Below, in pieces: positions 49,440 to 59,816 of a DNA stretch of 64,000 bases (within the stretch, counting starts at the first letter, position 1; each line of letters begins with the position of its first letter). The notes beneath the pieces were generated by a model. The model had not been told where the DNA came from and made no database searches. It saw only the letters and a list, made by a program, of their open reading frames with translations. Position numbers and translations under genes: made by a program. This stretch comes from Phycisphaerales bacterium (lineage in GTDB: Bacteria > Planctomycetota > Phycisphaerae > WQYP01): assembly GCA_027451365.1 (NCBI GenBank), contig DAIDJN010000026.1, positions 31,404 through 95,403 of the forward strand, given 5' to 3'.

Positions 49440-50834
49440 TCAGGGTTCCTCACTGATATCATGGTTTTGCCCCGGATAGCGCCCGGGATAGCGCCCCGGG
49501 CGGCCGCTCCGGTACGGGTGGTGCAAAAAATCCTGATTTTCGGAATCCGCAGACTGACCGCCCTCATCAAAAGTCTCCGGCGACTCATCTGATGGGCGGG
49601 CAACGGGTTGGGGAGCAGCCGCGTGCGTATCCGGATCGTCAGCCACATCACCGGACAACGCCGGGCTGTGGCCGGTACCGGACGGCTTAGGCGGCGGCGT
49701 ACCGTCGGGCGGCGTATCGGACGGGCCTGAAGAATCGTTACCGTCCTGATCATCAGCGTCGGCCTTTGCGGCACGGGCACGATTGCGGTCCGCTAAAGTG
49801 GTCAGAATCACACCAAGCACATACAGCAGAAGCAGTGGAATAAAAATGCACAGGAACGTAAAGAAGTCCGGCGTGGGTGCCAGGAAGACCGCCAGCAGAG
49901 CCAATGCCATAACGGCGTAGCGCCACATCTGGCGGAATTGAGCGGCCTTTACTATGCCGATTTTCGTCAGAATCAGCATCACCATCGGCAATTCAAACGA
50001 CACTCCGAAGATCAGCGCCATAATTGTCGCAAAACTTAAATATTCGCTAAGTGTCGGCAACGGAGAAAACAGCGCGTCGGCCGGCTGCGCCCGCAAGGTC
50101 AGTGTGCGGCCGGCCACATGAATGCGCACCTGGCTGGTGCGCGCGTTGAACCACATGGCCACCGTGTGTTTCGGGAAATGCGTCGGATCGCTTTTGGCCA
50201 TGGGAATCAGGAGCGGCTTAATCTGGTCGCCGGTCGGCAGCGCATTGACATGAATTCCGGCCATGTGTGTTCCGAAGACGGATTTTTCCAGACCATACGG
50301 TTTGACCTGGGGGACCTGAATGGTCAGATTAAAGCTGATAATAAACTTCAGAAGGACGGGCAGAACCAGAAAGAAAAAGAACGCCACACCCAGCAGAAAC
50401 AGGCCGATACTAGGCCCAATATATTTATATATAACGCGCCGTTCGCGTACGAAAAGCCCGGCGGCCACAAATCTCCAGACCTGATAAATAATCCACGGGC
50501 TTGCCACCACCAGGCCGGCCTTAAAACCGGTCATCAGGTAGGAAATAATTGAACCGGTCGTTTTATGGTAATACAACTGAACCGGAAAACCACCCCAGCG
50601 GAGAGCCAGCAGATAGGGCTGATAAATGGCGTTGATAATTGTGTCGGAAAAAATCAGACAGATGGACACGCCCACCATGGCACCCATCAGCGCCAAAATA
50701 ACCCGTTTGCGCAGCTCCCCAAGGTGGTCGCCGAACGACATCACCGGAAGGTCCGCCTCCCGCCGATCGGCCGGCGTTTCGCCGATTTTTCGTCCGCGAT
50801 TAAAATTGGAAACAATATCATTCCACAAAGCCAT
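49440..50834 (-). CDS. tatC: Twin-arginine translocase subunit TatC (with a loop insertion and a long C-terminal tail)
   Basis: Motifs FGDHLGELRKRV, WRFVAAGLFVRERR and LSEYLSFATIMALIFGVSFELP. 464 aa, versus the ~258 aa I recall for E. coli TatC. Confidence 0.88.
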   Translation of the reverse strand: MALWNDIVSNFNRGRKIGETPADRREADLPVMSFGDHLGELRKRVILALMGAMVGVSICLIFSDTIINAIYQPYLLALRWGGFPVQLYYHKTTGSIISYLMTGFKAGLVVASPWIIYQVWRFVAAGLFVRERRVIYKYIGPSIGLFLLGVAFFFFLVLPVLLKFIISFNLTIQVPQVKPYGLEKSVFGTHMAGIHVNALPTGDQIKPLLIPMAKSDPTHFPKHTVAMWFNARTSQVRIHVAGRTLTLRAQPADALFSPLPTLSEYLSFATIMALIFGVSFELPMVMLILTKIGIVKAAQFRQMWRYAVMALALLAVFLAPTPDFFTFLCIFIPLLLLYVLGVILTTLADRNRARAAKADADDQDGNDSSGPSDTPPDGTPPPKPSGTGHSPALSGDVADDPDTHAAAPQPVARPSDESPETFDEGGQSADSENQDFLHHPYRSGRPGRYPGRYPGQNHDISEEP

Positions 50835-50900
50835 AGTACTCTCGCCGTTGTAAGGTTGCGAATCCGCCCCGCCGGGAGCGGATGGGCGGGTCCGCCACGG

Positions 50901-51614
50901 TCAGGTTGCCTGCACCGGTTCAACTTTTCCATCCGCCAGACGGACAATACGGTCCGCCCGATTGGCGACGGCCGCGTCATGGGTGACGAGCAGAATACTC
51001 TGATTGCGCTGCTCGTGCAGCCTTCCCAGCAAATCCATAATGGCCTGGCCGGTACGGGGGTCCAGGTTGCCCGTCGGCTCATCGGCCAGGAGAACCGCCG
51101 GATCGTTTATAAGGGCACGGGCAATTGCCACCCGCTGGCGCTCACCGCCCGAAAGCTCCGCAGGCCGGTGCGAAAGCCGTTTTGAAAGGCCCAATTCGCC
51201 CAGCAGTTCCAGCGCTTCGGTTTTCCGCGGGCGCGCCCGCAAAATGGCGCTGTACCAGGGCGCGCCGACCATGGCGGGCAGCAACACGTTTTCCAACACA
51301 TTTAATTCAGGCAACAGATGGTACAACTGGAACACAAACCCAAACGATCGGTTGCGCAGCAGATGCCGCCGCGACCGGCTCAGGCCGGAAACCAGTTCAC
51401 CGCCGAAAACCACCGCGCCGGAATCGCAGGTTTCCAGCATGCCGGCTATGTGCAGCAGCGTGCTTTTCCCGGAACCGGACGATCCGGTCAGGGCCACAAA
51501 TTCACCTTTTCCCACGCGCAGTGAAGCGCCGCAAAGCACCTGAATTTCCGCCGGTCCTGTGCGAAATGTTTTATGTATATCTGTCAATTCAAGCAGCGTT
51601 TCGCCGGTATTCAT
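50901..51614 (-). CDS. ABC transporter ATP-binding protein (LolD/MacB-type)
   Basis: Motifs GSSGSGKSTLL, LSGGERQRVAIARAL and LLADEPTGNLD. ATG 51614 has GGAGG upstream. Confidence 0.9.
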   Translation of the reverse strand: MNTGETLLELTDIHKTFRTGPAEIQVLCGASLRVGKGEFVALTGSSGSGKSTLLHIAGMLETCDSGAVVFGGELVSGLSRSRRHLLRNRSFGFVFQLYHLLPELNVLENVLLPAMVGAPWYSAILRARPRKTEALELLGELGLSKRLSHRPAELSGGERQRVAIARALINDPAVLLADEPTGNLDPRTGQAIMDLLGRLHEQRNQSILLVTHDAAVANRADRIVRLADGKVEPVQAT

Positions 51615-51707
51615 GCCTGCCTCCATTCGGACAGGCCGCCAGGGAGCCGGGCGCGTTGGCGCGACGGGGAACCGCGGGCAAGCCGGGCCGGTGAAAGACA
51701 CAACGCA

Positions 51708-53414
51708 TTATTCATAACGCAGCGCCTCCACTGGATCCTGCCGGGCGGCAATCATCGCCGGGATAAGGGCGCCAATCAGGCCGGCGGCAATGGCCAGCAC
51801 CACGATAATCAGCACGGCGTGCGGATCTACCTGGTCGGGTATGCGCGAAAACACATAAATTTTCCGGTTCCAGATTGAAATACCGAAATACCGCCACAGG
51901 AAATCGTCATGAATCTGATTGTCATAGCAAACGAATAAAACGCCGCCCACCAGGCCGGGAAGGGCGCCCGCCGCGCTGATCAGCAATCCGTAAAGCACAA
52001 ATATGCTGCCCACACCCGTCTCACTGCCGCCAATCGCCTTGATAATGCCTATGTCGCGGGTTTTATCCCGCACAATCATGAAAAATATAAGAAAAATCAC
52101 CACCACCACCACCAGGCTCATCAGGCCCAGCAGAAATGTGATCAGGTCGCGTTCCTTGTCCACCGCGTGAATGAATTCCGCCTGCATCTGATCCCATGTT
52201 TTAACCTTTACCGAGGCCATCAGAAGTTGCGGATGATCGCGCTCAAAACGATCCACCACTTTTTCAATCGCCTGCCGCGCCGCGAGCACCGCCGCCGGAT
52301 TGCCATCGTTCCGCACACGCACTTGAATCTGGCTGCAGCGGGCCGACCGCACACCGCCATTCAAAAGGTCCTGCTGCTGCATGAAGGCCATTTTCTGGAC
52401 CACTTTGAACGGCGCATAGACCGTGCGACGATCCACCGTGAACACTTTGGTATGCGAGTCGTCCACAATCATGAAGCGACGGCTTTGCGGCGTGGTCAGG
52501 GTACCCTTCAGCGTCACCGGTACCACCGTCAGAATCACCGGCGCAAAACGCACCACCTGCGGACGATGATAGTGCCCGAAGCGGTCGCGGCTGTAAAAGC
52601 CCATATCCACGCCGACAATCAATCCATTTTTCGGCTCCGCTTTTACCGTGCCATACCGATAAATTGCCTGCTGCGGCGGTTTGAAGGTCGGGGCCGGCGG
52701 CTGGAGCGCTGCCATCAGCGAAGCACCGGTTGCATAGGCTGCTTTTGGCGGCAAACCGAGCGCAAACTGCAGATCGCGATCCGCTCGGTCCAGTCGGTAA
52801 ACCGCCTGCTGAAAATCTTCGTGGGCAATAACCCGCCAATGTTCGCGCATACCGGCGAACCAGGCGTTTGCCGGCAGCGGCGGCATCGCCAGAAGCTTCT
52901 TCTGCCGGCGTTTCTCCACCTTCAGCGCCTGCTGATAAAGTCTGTTGGCACGGGTCACAAGCTGCCGCCCGGTTACCGGGAAGCCGCCCGCGCTCAGGTC
53001 GGCAACCGCCTGGCGCGGTGCCTTAAATTGCCAGAACAGGCTTTGGCGGAAATCCGTAACCCTGCACTTGCTGGCAGGGTCAATTCCCACAATTTGCACA
53101 GGGCGGTTATCGCCCCATTCCGGCAGATTCAACAGACCATACGCCGTAATCACCGGTGTGCTTGCCGCCACCTGCGGCAGGGCGTTTATAGCAGCCTGCA
53201 ATTTCCGATAATGGCCGAATCCGGCCATATCCGAGGATTCAATCACCACATCGCCCATCAGTCCACGCCCGGCATCGCGCACGCGGTTCACAAAACCGGT
53301 CATGATGCTGTTGACAATAATCAGCATCATCACGCACAGCCAGACGGCCAGAATCGGAAATGTGACAATGCCCTTCCGGGTCAGATAGCGAAAGCAGAGA
53401 AAAAGTTTGTACAT
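51708..53414 (-). CDS. ABC transporter permease, LolC/E (FtsX-like) family with a large periplasmic domain
   Basis: 568 aa. N-terminal FRYLTRKGIVTFPILAVWLCVMMLII. C-terminal FtsX-type helices (IGIIKAIGGSETGVGSIFVLYGLLISAAG...). Adjacent to the ATPase gene. Confidence 0.85.
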   Translation of the reverse strand: MYKLFLCFRYLTRKGIVTFPILAVWLCVMMLIIVNSIMTGFVNRVRDAGRGLMGDVVIESSDMAGFGHYRKLQAAINALPQVAASTPVITAYGLLNLPEWGDNRPVQIVGIDPASKCRVTDFRQSLFWQFKAPRQAVADLSAGGFPVTGRQLVTRANRLYQQALKVEKRRQKKLLAMPPLPANAWFAGMREHWRVIAHEDFQQAVYRLDRADRDLQFALGLPPKAAYATGASLMAALQPPAPTFKPPQQAIYRYGTVKAEPKNGLIVGVDMGFYSRDRFGHYHRPQVVRFAPVILTVVPVTLKGTLTTPQSRRFMIVDDSHTKVFTVDRRTVYAPFKVVQKMAFMQQQDLLNGGVRSARCSQIQVRVRNDGNPAAVLAARQAIEKVVDRFERDHPQLLMASVKVKTWDQMQAEFIHAVDKERDLITFLLGLMSLVVVVVIFLIFFMIVRDKTRDIGIIKAIGGSETGVGSIFVLYGLLISAAGALPGLVGGVLFVCYDNQIHDDFLWRYFGISIWNRKIYVFSRIPDQVDPHAVLIIVVLAIAAGLIGALIPAMIAARQDPVEALRYE

Positions 53415-53497
53415 TCAGATTCCAGATATTAACGCCGACGGCCGCCGCAGCCCGGCCCGCAGGCCGAACGGCTTCTGCATTCAAGGCCGCCCCCGAC

Positions 53498-55069
53498 CTA
53501 AGGCAACGGTGCCGAACCTTGCGCCGTGGTTCCGGTGGCCGGGGTACCGGCCGATTGCGGCTTAAGCAGCGGAAACAACACGACATCCCGAATACTGGTG
53601 CGGTTCACCAGCAGCATGATCAGCCGATCAATGCCGATTCCCAGGCCGCCCGCGGGCGGCATTCCATGGCCGAGCGCGGTTATAAAGTCGGTATCCATGC
53701 GTGCCATGGAATCTTCCTCTTTTAATCCGGCCAACTGGGCGGAGAACGTTTCATGCTGCACGAACGGATCGTTCAGTTCGGTATAGGCATTGGCCAGTTC
53801 CATGCCGGCGACATAAAGTTCAAACCGCTGGGCGATCGCCGGGTTGTCCGGCTTGCGGCGCGTCAGCGGGCAAAGGCCCGCGGGGTAATCAAAAATAAAC
53901 ACCGGCTGATCCAGCCCATACAGGCTCGGTTCAGCCAGACGTGCAAACAACTCGCCCACCAGGACGGCGGAATCCTTTTTGTCGATTTCCGCCACATGGT
54001 GTTTCGCGGCTGCAGCGCGCACGCCGGGTTCATCCAGCATGTCCACTCCAACCTGGCGCTGAAACAGCTCGCCGTAACTGATACGCTGGAACGGCGGCGA
54101 AAAGTCGATCATGCGGTCGCCGTAGGGAAGTTTAACACTCTGTGACGCTACGGGCGCGTCATTACCGGTGGTGGCGTTCCGGTTAAAGAGCTGTCGCCGC
54201 CGGTCCGCCGCCAGGTCGACAATCAGACTTTCGGTTAATTCCATCATTCCCGCCAGATCGCTGTATGCCTGATAGAGTTCCATCATGGTGAATTCAGGAT
54301 TATGCCGGGTATCAATTCCCTCGTTGCGGAAATTGCGGTTGATTTCAAATACCCGTTCCATGCCGCCCACCAGCAGCCGCTTGAGATAAAGCTCCGGGCT
54401 GATACGGAGGAAAAGGTCGGTATCCAAAGCATTGTGATGCGTTATAAAAGGCCGCGCCGCCGCCCCGCCGGCGATGGATTGCATCATGGGCGTTTCGACC
54501 TCAATAAAATCCCTCTGATGCAGAAACGCGCGGATCGACTGGACAATTCTGGATCGCGCCGCAAACACTTCCATCGATTCCGGGTTTGCGGCCAGATCCA
54601 GATAACGCTGCCGGTAGCGGAGTTCCGTATCCGCCAGGCCGTGAAATTTATCAGGCAATGGCAGCATTGCCTTGGCCGCCAGACCGAATTGATCCGCCCA
54701 GATTGTAATTTCGCCGGTTTTGGTATGCCCCACCTTCCCCGAAAACCAGGCAATATCACCGAGTTCCAGCAGTTTGGCCTTTTCCCAGTCGGACGCCAGA
54801 AGCTGTTTGGCAACGCCTACCTGCATTCGGCCGGCGGAATCAGAGATTGTGATGAAAATCAGCTTCCCAATATCGCGCAGCAGGACAATTCGACCGGCAA
54901 TTTTCGCCTGCGGGCCGCCATCGTGTGGCGTTTCAGGCGTATGCAAAGCCCGCGCCCCGGCTGTGCTTATAAGACCATCCACCCGCTGACCGAACGGATC
55001 CACACCCGCAGCGCGCCACTTTTCCAGCCGCAACTGACGATCCTTGAACTGGGGGTTTTCCGTGAACAT
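53498..55069 (-). CDS. lysS: Lysine--tRNA ligase (class II)
   Basis: 523 aa. Motifs RQRYLDL, FIEVETPMM, FRNEGIDTRHNPEFTMMELYQAY and GLGIGIDRLIMLL. Confidence 0.95.
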   Translation of the reverse strand: MFTENPQFKDRQLRLEKWRAAGVDPFGQRVDGLISTAGARALHTPETPHDGGPQAKIAGRIVLLRDIGKLIFITISDSAGRMQVGVAKQLLASDWEKAKLLELGDIAWFSGKVGHTKTGEITIWADQFGLAAKAMLPLPDKFHGLADTELRYRQRYLDLAANPESMEVFAARSRIVQSIRAFLHQRDFIEVETPMMQSIAGGAAARPFITHHNALDTDLFLRISPELYLKRLLVGGMERVFEINRNFRNEGIDTRHNPEFTMMELYQAYSDLAGMMELTESLIVDLAADRRRQLFNRNATTGNDAPVASQSVKLPYGDRMIDFSPPFQRISYGELFQRQVGVDMLDEPGVRAAAAKHHVAEIDKKDSAVLVGELFARLAEPSLYGLDQPVFIFDYPAGLCPLTRRKPDNPAIAQRFELYVAGMELANAYTELNDPFVQHETFSAQLAGLKEEDSMARMDTDFITALGHGMPPAGGLGIGIDRLIMLLVNRTSIRDVVLFPLLKPQSAGTPATGTTAQGSAPLP

Positions 55070-55212
55070 GCGTACCTTTTTTCCAAATGGCCGCCAATAT
55101 CAACCGGGACAAGCCAAGCCGTGTATTGTAGCCGGACGGCGGACGGCTGAAAATGATTCGGAAAAACCGGCAACGCACAACCGGAAGCATAATGAAGGTG
55201 GCAAGCCTGCCG

Positions 55213-56295
55213 TTATTTTGCGGATGGCTCCGGCCGGGCGGCCGGTTCACCTCGGGGCACGCCATTTGTGGACTCAAGGCGGCCGAAAATCATGCGACCC
55301 GCCGAAGTTTGTACGGCATTGGTCACCAGAAGATCAATCTCATGACCGACTCGGTCGCGGGCCCCTTCCACGACGACCATTGTCCCGTCTTCCAGATAGC
55401 CCACACCCTGCGCCGGCCCCTCACCTGGTTTCACGATTTTCAGTCGCATCATTTCGCCGGGCAGTGCGGCGGGTTTAAGTGCATTGGCCAGATCATTAAT
55501 GTTGATCACCGGCAGCCCCTGCAGCGTGGCGATTTTATTCAGGTTAAAGTCGTTGGTGACCAGCCGCCCGTTTTCCTGCTGCGTCAATGCCAGAAGCTTC
55601 TGGTCCACACCCTGAAGTCCCGACGCACGCAGTGTGCCATCCCAAATATGAAGCTCAAGTTTCCCCAAGGACTGCAACCGTTGCAACACATCCAGCCCGC
55701 GTCGGCCCCGGCCGCGTTTGAGTTTGTCGCCTGAATCCGCAACCGTCTGAAGTTCATTGAGCACAAACCGCGGCACGATCAGGCGGCTTTCAAACACACC
55801 AGTGGCCGCAATATCCGCAATCCGGCCGTCGATGATGACACTGGTGTCCAGAATAAAGGGCCGCGAGCCACGCATCGCCCGGCTGAATTCCACATAAGGA
55901 ATAATGAACCGGAAGTCATCGCGGGTCTGCAGAATAAACGAAACCGACACATAACAGCAGATCAGACCAATCAACAGTTTCAACCCGGTAATGACCGATT
56001 GATTCAGATAGGCGGTATCCGACTTTATAAAAATATTCGCCACCTGCTGAATCAGGTATCCCAGCGCCAGCGAGACCAATATGCCCACCAGAACGCCAAA
56101 AAACAGGCCGGACATCGCCGTCAGGTTTTTCTTTTTGAAAAGAAAGTCCGCCAGAATAACGCCTATGGCCACCACCACCGCACTGAACATCGCCACCCAT
56201 GGCCAGACGCCATTTCCCACATTAAGCGACAGATACGCCATCGCCACCGCGGTGACCAGCGCCAGAAATAAAAACCGCAGAATATTAAGAACCAT
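55213..56295 (-). CDS. PIN/TRAM-domain membrane protein (YacL-like)
   Basis: 360 aa. Four N-terminal TM helices. PIN motif (ILDTSVIIDGRIADI). TRAM motif (GVGYLEDGTMVVVEGA). Confidence 0.85.
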   Translation of the reverse strand: MVLNILRFLFLALVTAVAMAYLSLNVGNGVWPWVAMFSAVVVAIGVILADFLFKKKNLTAMSGLFFGVLVGILVSLALGYLIQQVANIFIKSDTAYLNQSVITGLKLLIGLICCYVSVSFILQTRDDFRFIIPYVEFSRAMRGSRPFILDTSVIIDGRIADIAATGVFESRLIVPRFVLNELQTVADSGDKLKRGRGRRGLDVLQRLQSLGKLELHIWDGTLRASGLQGVDQKLLALTQQENGRLVTNDFNLNKIATLQGLPVININDLANALKPAALPGEMMRLKIVKPGEGPAQGVGYLEDGTMVVVEGARDRVGHEIDLLVTNAVQTSAGRMIFGRLESTNGVPRGEPAARPEPSAK

Positions 56296-56584
56296 GGCAA
56301 CTCCATCTGGACCAATTCCCCAAGTGCTTGAATTCCCAATATCCGTCAGCTTCTAAGGCGCGCCAGCACCCGGGAGAATTTGATACGGCTATTCTATCGT
56401 CAAGTGGTCAAAATGGACAAACAACGCACCCGCACGCGGGAATAATTTTAACCCGTTTGCGCGGATTGCAGGCTGTCATTTCGTCCAAACCGAATCATCT
56501 GGCCGCAGACCGACTTGAGATTCCGCTTCCCATCCGGTTCCCCGCTGCGCCGGGAAAAAGGCCGCTCCCCGACACCACACATGC

Positions 56585-57613
56585 TTAAGATGGCCGGTTC
56601 CCGCCAGTAGGCAAAATGCCGGGAACCACCTGCCCGGCCGGAGGTGATGTCAAAATAATTGTCACCGGTGTATGCGGCCGGTAACGCAGATCCGCCACCA
56701 GGATAATCAGCACCAGCGGCAGATAAATCACACTGGCCAGAAAAACCCGCCGGGCATTCTGCCGCGTTTTTTCGCGCCTCAACCGCAGGGAAAGGTAGAC
56801 CATCACCATACCCAGCGCCAGTGCGGCTGCGCCAAACCATGGCCCGGCAAAACCAAAGAAGCAGGCGGCCGTGGCAACAGGAATTAACAGCGCACTGTAA
56901 AGAATCATCATGCGGCAGGTCACCTGACCGCTGGCATCCACCACCGGCAACATGCGAAAGCCGCCGTGGGAATAGTCGTCCCGGTACATCCATGCCAGCG
57001 CTAGAAAATGGGGTATCTGCCATACAAACAGCAGCAGGCCGAGAATAAGTGCTGGCAGCCCAATTCGTCCTGTCGCCGCGGTATATCCCATCATGGGTGG
57101 AATCGCCCCGCAAATCGCGCCGACCAGTGTATTAAGTGTTGAAATGCGCTTCAACGGCGTGTACACAAAAGCGTATAATGCCAGATTGGTCAAGCCCAGC
57201 AGCGCAGTAAGCGAGTTTACGCCGAAATACAAAAGTGCCAATCCGGATACGGCGGTGAAAATTGCGAAAAATATCGCCGTGGAAGGCAGCATTCGCCCCG
57301 CCGGAAGGGGTCTTTCGCGAGTGCGGTTCATCAGGCCGTCCGGCCTGATTTCCAGCACCTGATTCAGGGCCGACGCACTCCCGGCAACCAGCCAGGTTCC
57401 CGCCGCCACCAGCGCCAGAATCCACAGGCGCACATGGCCATCGGCACCAGTCACATATCCGACTACCGTGGTAATGACTACCATGGCGGTCAGACGCACC
57501 TTGGCCAGCGTGAAAATGTCCTTGCAGAGCATTGAGACTCGCGCCGGCGTGCTGGGCTGATCCGCGGGATTCGTCGGGACCGGCAAAACGGGCATTTCTG
57601 TCATGCTGCGCAT
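56585..57613 (-). CDS. ctaB: Protoheme IX farnesyltransferase (heme O synthase)
   Basis: 342 aa, UbiA superfamily. LAKVRLTAMVVITTVVGY, NQVLEIRPDGLMNRTRERPLPAG and YRDDYSHGGFRMLPV. Confidence 0.9.
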   Translation of the reverse strand: MRSMTEMPVLPVPTNPADQPSTPARVSMLCKDIFTLAKVRLTAMVVITTVVGYVTGADGHVRLWILALVAAGTWLVAGSASALNQVLEIRPDGLMNRTRERPLPAGRMLPSTAIFFAIFTAVSGLALLYFGVNSLTALLGLTNLALYAFVYTPLKRISTLNTLVGAICGAIPPMMGYTAATGRIGLPALILGLLLFVWQIPHFLALAWMYRDDYSHGGFRMLPVVDASGQVTCRMMILYSALLIPVATAACFFGFAGPWFGAAALALGMVMVYLSLRLRREKTRQNARRVFLASVIYLPLVLIILVADLRYRPHTPVTIILTSPPAGQVVPGILPTGGNRPS

Positions 57614-58403
57614 CAGTTTTTATTGATTCCGCTACCTGTCCAGGGCCGCACCATATGCAAAGCCACGCGCCCTGCGCCCGCGCACCCGAATACTGCATTG
57701 TAGAAGTTTTTCCCTGCCACGTCCAATCGGGAAAGTGGCGCAGAGGCCTTGGGGCCTTGGAGATTTGGGGATTTAGGCCTCCGCGCTCTGGCGGAACCGG
57801 ATGTAAGCCTCTCGACTTATCATAAACCACCGGTTGATCTGGTTGACCGATGCGACGGTGTCCGCGTTTAAGAATCGCGGCTTGTCGGCATTGATATTTG
57901 TCGGCAGCACGCCCAAGAATCCCAAGACCGATTTTTTCCCTTTCGTAAAGTTACATCATTCCGTTTCAGGCGTTCGGCCGCAGGTAAGGATCACGACAAC
58001 TCGGCGGTCTTTACATCTTTCACAAGAGAAAAATCAGACTCCGGGCGGCAGGGTAACATGGCTATAAGCTAGATATTGCATGTCGCGCCCGCTTGTGCGC
58101 AGCGTACCAAGAGGCCGTTGGTAGAATGTTTCTGGAGCATTTTATGTGGCGAATTACTGATAGATTCGTGTTGAAATCGGCCGTTGCATTGCTTTATTTT
58201 GATCGTACAATTCTGAACGTTCGTGAGAAAGACAACGCAACAATAGCAATTAAGTGCTTTGTCACAACCGGATGTTCGGGCTGGCCGGGAATCCGGCGTT
58301 TCCAGAGGTGTCGTTGGCGAGGCAGTGTTCCTGAAATTTTGCTCTGACAAGGCGCTAATTATTTCGGCCCGCTGAAAACGTTTCAATTCTGAATGCGTGA
58401 AGT

Positions 58404-59420
58404 TCAAATTTCATCGCGAACACTGGAAAAGGACGGAAACCGAGGCACGCCGCCATCGGAAAGTTCCTGGTAGCGGAACAGGACCGTGGCACCGACGGGC
58501 GGAGGGTTCTCACGTTCCAAGTCGGAAAAGCCGGTGCCGATAGAAAATTCCGTGCCATCAGCCAGTCGCACCAGCAAGGCTCCCAGGCGGCCTTTGTGCC
58601 GCCCCGTGCCGGCCTGGTGGGCCACGACAACAGCCTCATCATCGCGGAAGGATTTCACTTTCAGGAGCGTGGCCGAGCGGCCGACGACGTACATGGACTG
58701 CGGCTGGCGAAGCATCAGGCCCTCACCACCAAGGGATTCAATGCGGGTGAGTTCTTCCTTCAAGGCCGACAGTCCGGTGCACCGGGTGTGGAGATGAACC
58801 GCGGCATGCGAAAGAGAGGGCAAGGACTGCAACGCTTTCAGACGGTCTTCAAATGTCCCGGGTTGGGAGGGAGCATCAAAGATCAGGAACCGAAGCTGTT
58901 TCCAGTGATCTGATTTATCCTGGCGGCGGACAATGGAAACGGTTTTCTGAAACGACTTGCGAGCCAGAAATAATTCGCCATCCAGGGGGTGCGAGGGCAA
59001 GCCGCTGATGAACCAATCCGGGGCATGGTAAAGATTACCTAAGCGGGAGAGAAACTGTTTGCCGTCCCAGTATGCCCGAACGCCATCCAGTTTTTCAGAC
59101 ATCCACCAGTCTGTGGGATCCAGTTGGCCGTCCCAAGGCTCCGCAAGCAGCACCGGTGCGCCGGGGTGCGCCGCGCCCGAGGGAACGGACCGCCCGTCGG
59201 TGGTGGACGGCGGCGTGAAGGCCCCGCCGATGCGGGCTTCCTCCGCTGCGTCGGAGCGCAGTTTTCGCAGGTGCTTGCAGGTGCGCTTTTCGATCGGCTT
59301 GGATTGATTCCGCCACGCCGGGCACGAACAGGAGTAAACGCCGCCCGTGTTCTTAAGCTCGTAGGGCTTCGCCCCGGAACCTTGCATAAAGTACGATTCG
59401 CCGTCTGCTAAATCCACCAT
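58404..59420 (-). CDS. ATP-dependent DNA ligase (minimal LigE-like NTase+OB) with an N-terminal SWIM-type zinc finger
   Basis: Motif I SEKLDGVRAYWDG, then LDGELF, FLIFDAP, GGEGLMLRQP...LLKVK and the C-terminal RFPSFSSVRDE. The N-terminus CSCPAWRNQSKPIEKRTCKH fits CxCx(n)CxH. ATG 59420 chosen; the longest ORF starts at TTG 59438. Confidence 0.85.
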   Translation of the reverse strand: MVDLADGESYFMQGSGAKPYELKNTGGVYSCSCPAWRNQSKPIEKRTCKHLRKLRSDAAEEARIGGAFTPPSTTDGRSVPSGAAHPGAPVLLAEPWDGQLDPTDWWMSEKLDGVRAYWDGKQFLSRLGNLYHAPDWFISGLPSHPLDGELFLARKSFQKTVSIVRRQDKSDHWKQLRFLIFDAPSQPGTFEDRLKALQSLPSLSHAAVHLHTRCTGLSALKEELTRIESLGGEGLMLRQPQSMYVVGRSATLLKVKSFRDDEAVVVAHQAGTGRHKGRLGALLVRLADGTEFSIGTGFSDLERENPPPVGATVLFRYQELSDGGVPRFPSFSSVRDEI

Positions 59421-59816
59421 GAATAAAGATAGTATCAAGTGTAATTAATGGCGTAAAGCGGCGGCGTAACTGACGTAAAGTGGAGGTTCGCTAAATTTTC
59501 CGGACGCGTCTGAACCCTGTTTTCACCTGGCATGTTTGCCGCACCACTGCGCCGCCATAAAAGAATTCAACGCCGCCGACACTTCCGGCTGCGAACGGGC
59601 CGCGTCCCGCATATGAAAAAGCAAATCGAATTCGCCCGGAAAAAAGACCCTGCTTTTTGAATGGGAACCGGCCCATGATGCGCAAAACTATAAATATTGG
59701 TACAATCGCCGAAGCGGCTCAGGCACAGGCGGCGCTGGCCCAGCCGTTCGGAAGTTTGAATTTTTCGGGTATAAAACCTGGCATTCGCAACGCGATGCAA
59801 ATGAGAGTTGGCCGAT

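Noticed and set aside
52167-53432. 421-aa plus-strand ORF. Similar long antisense ORFs occur at 7576-8613, 12730-13425, 37342-38130, 54302-55150 and 55153-55734.
   Set aside because: Each lies opposite a gene with clear family signatures (LolE-like, VWA, MoxR, acs, lysS, PIN/TRAM). Their Arg/His-rich translations look like GC-driven shadows.
58069-58407. 112-aa Cys-rich minus-strand ORF whose TTG start overlaps the ligase stop
   Set aside because: It has no SD and no motif, and it lies in an AT-richer stretch. It is kept only as part of the gene-poor gap finding.
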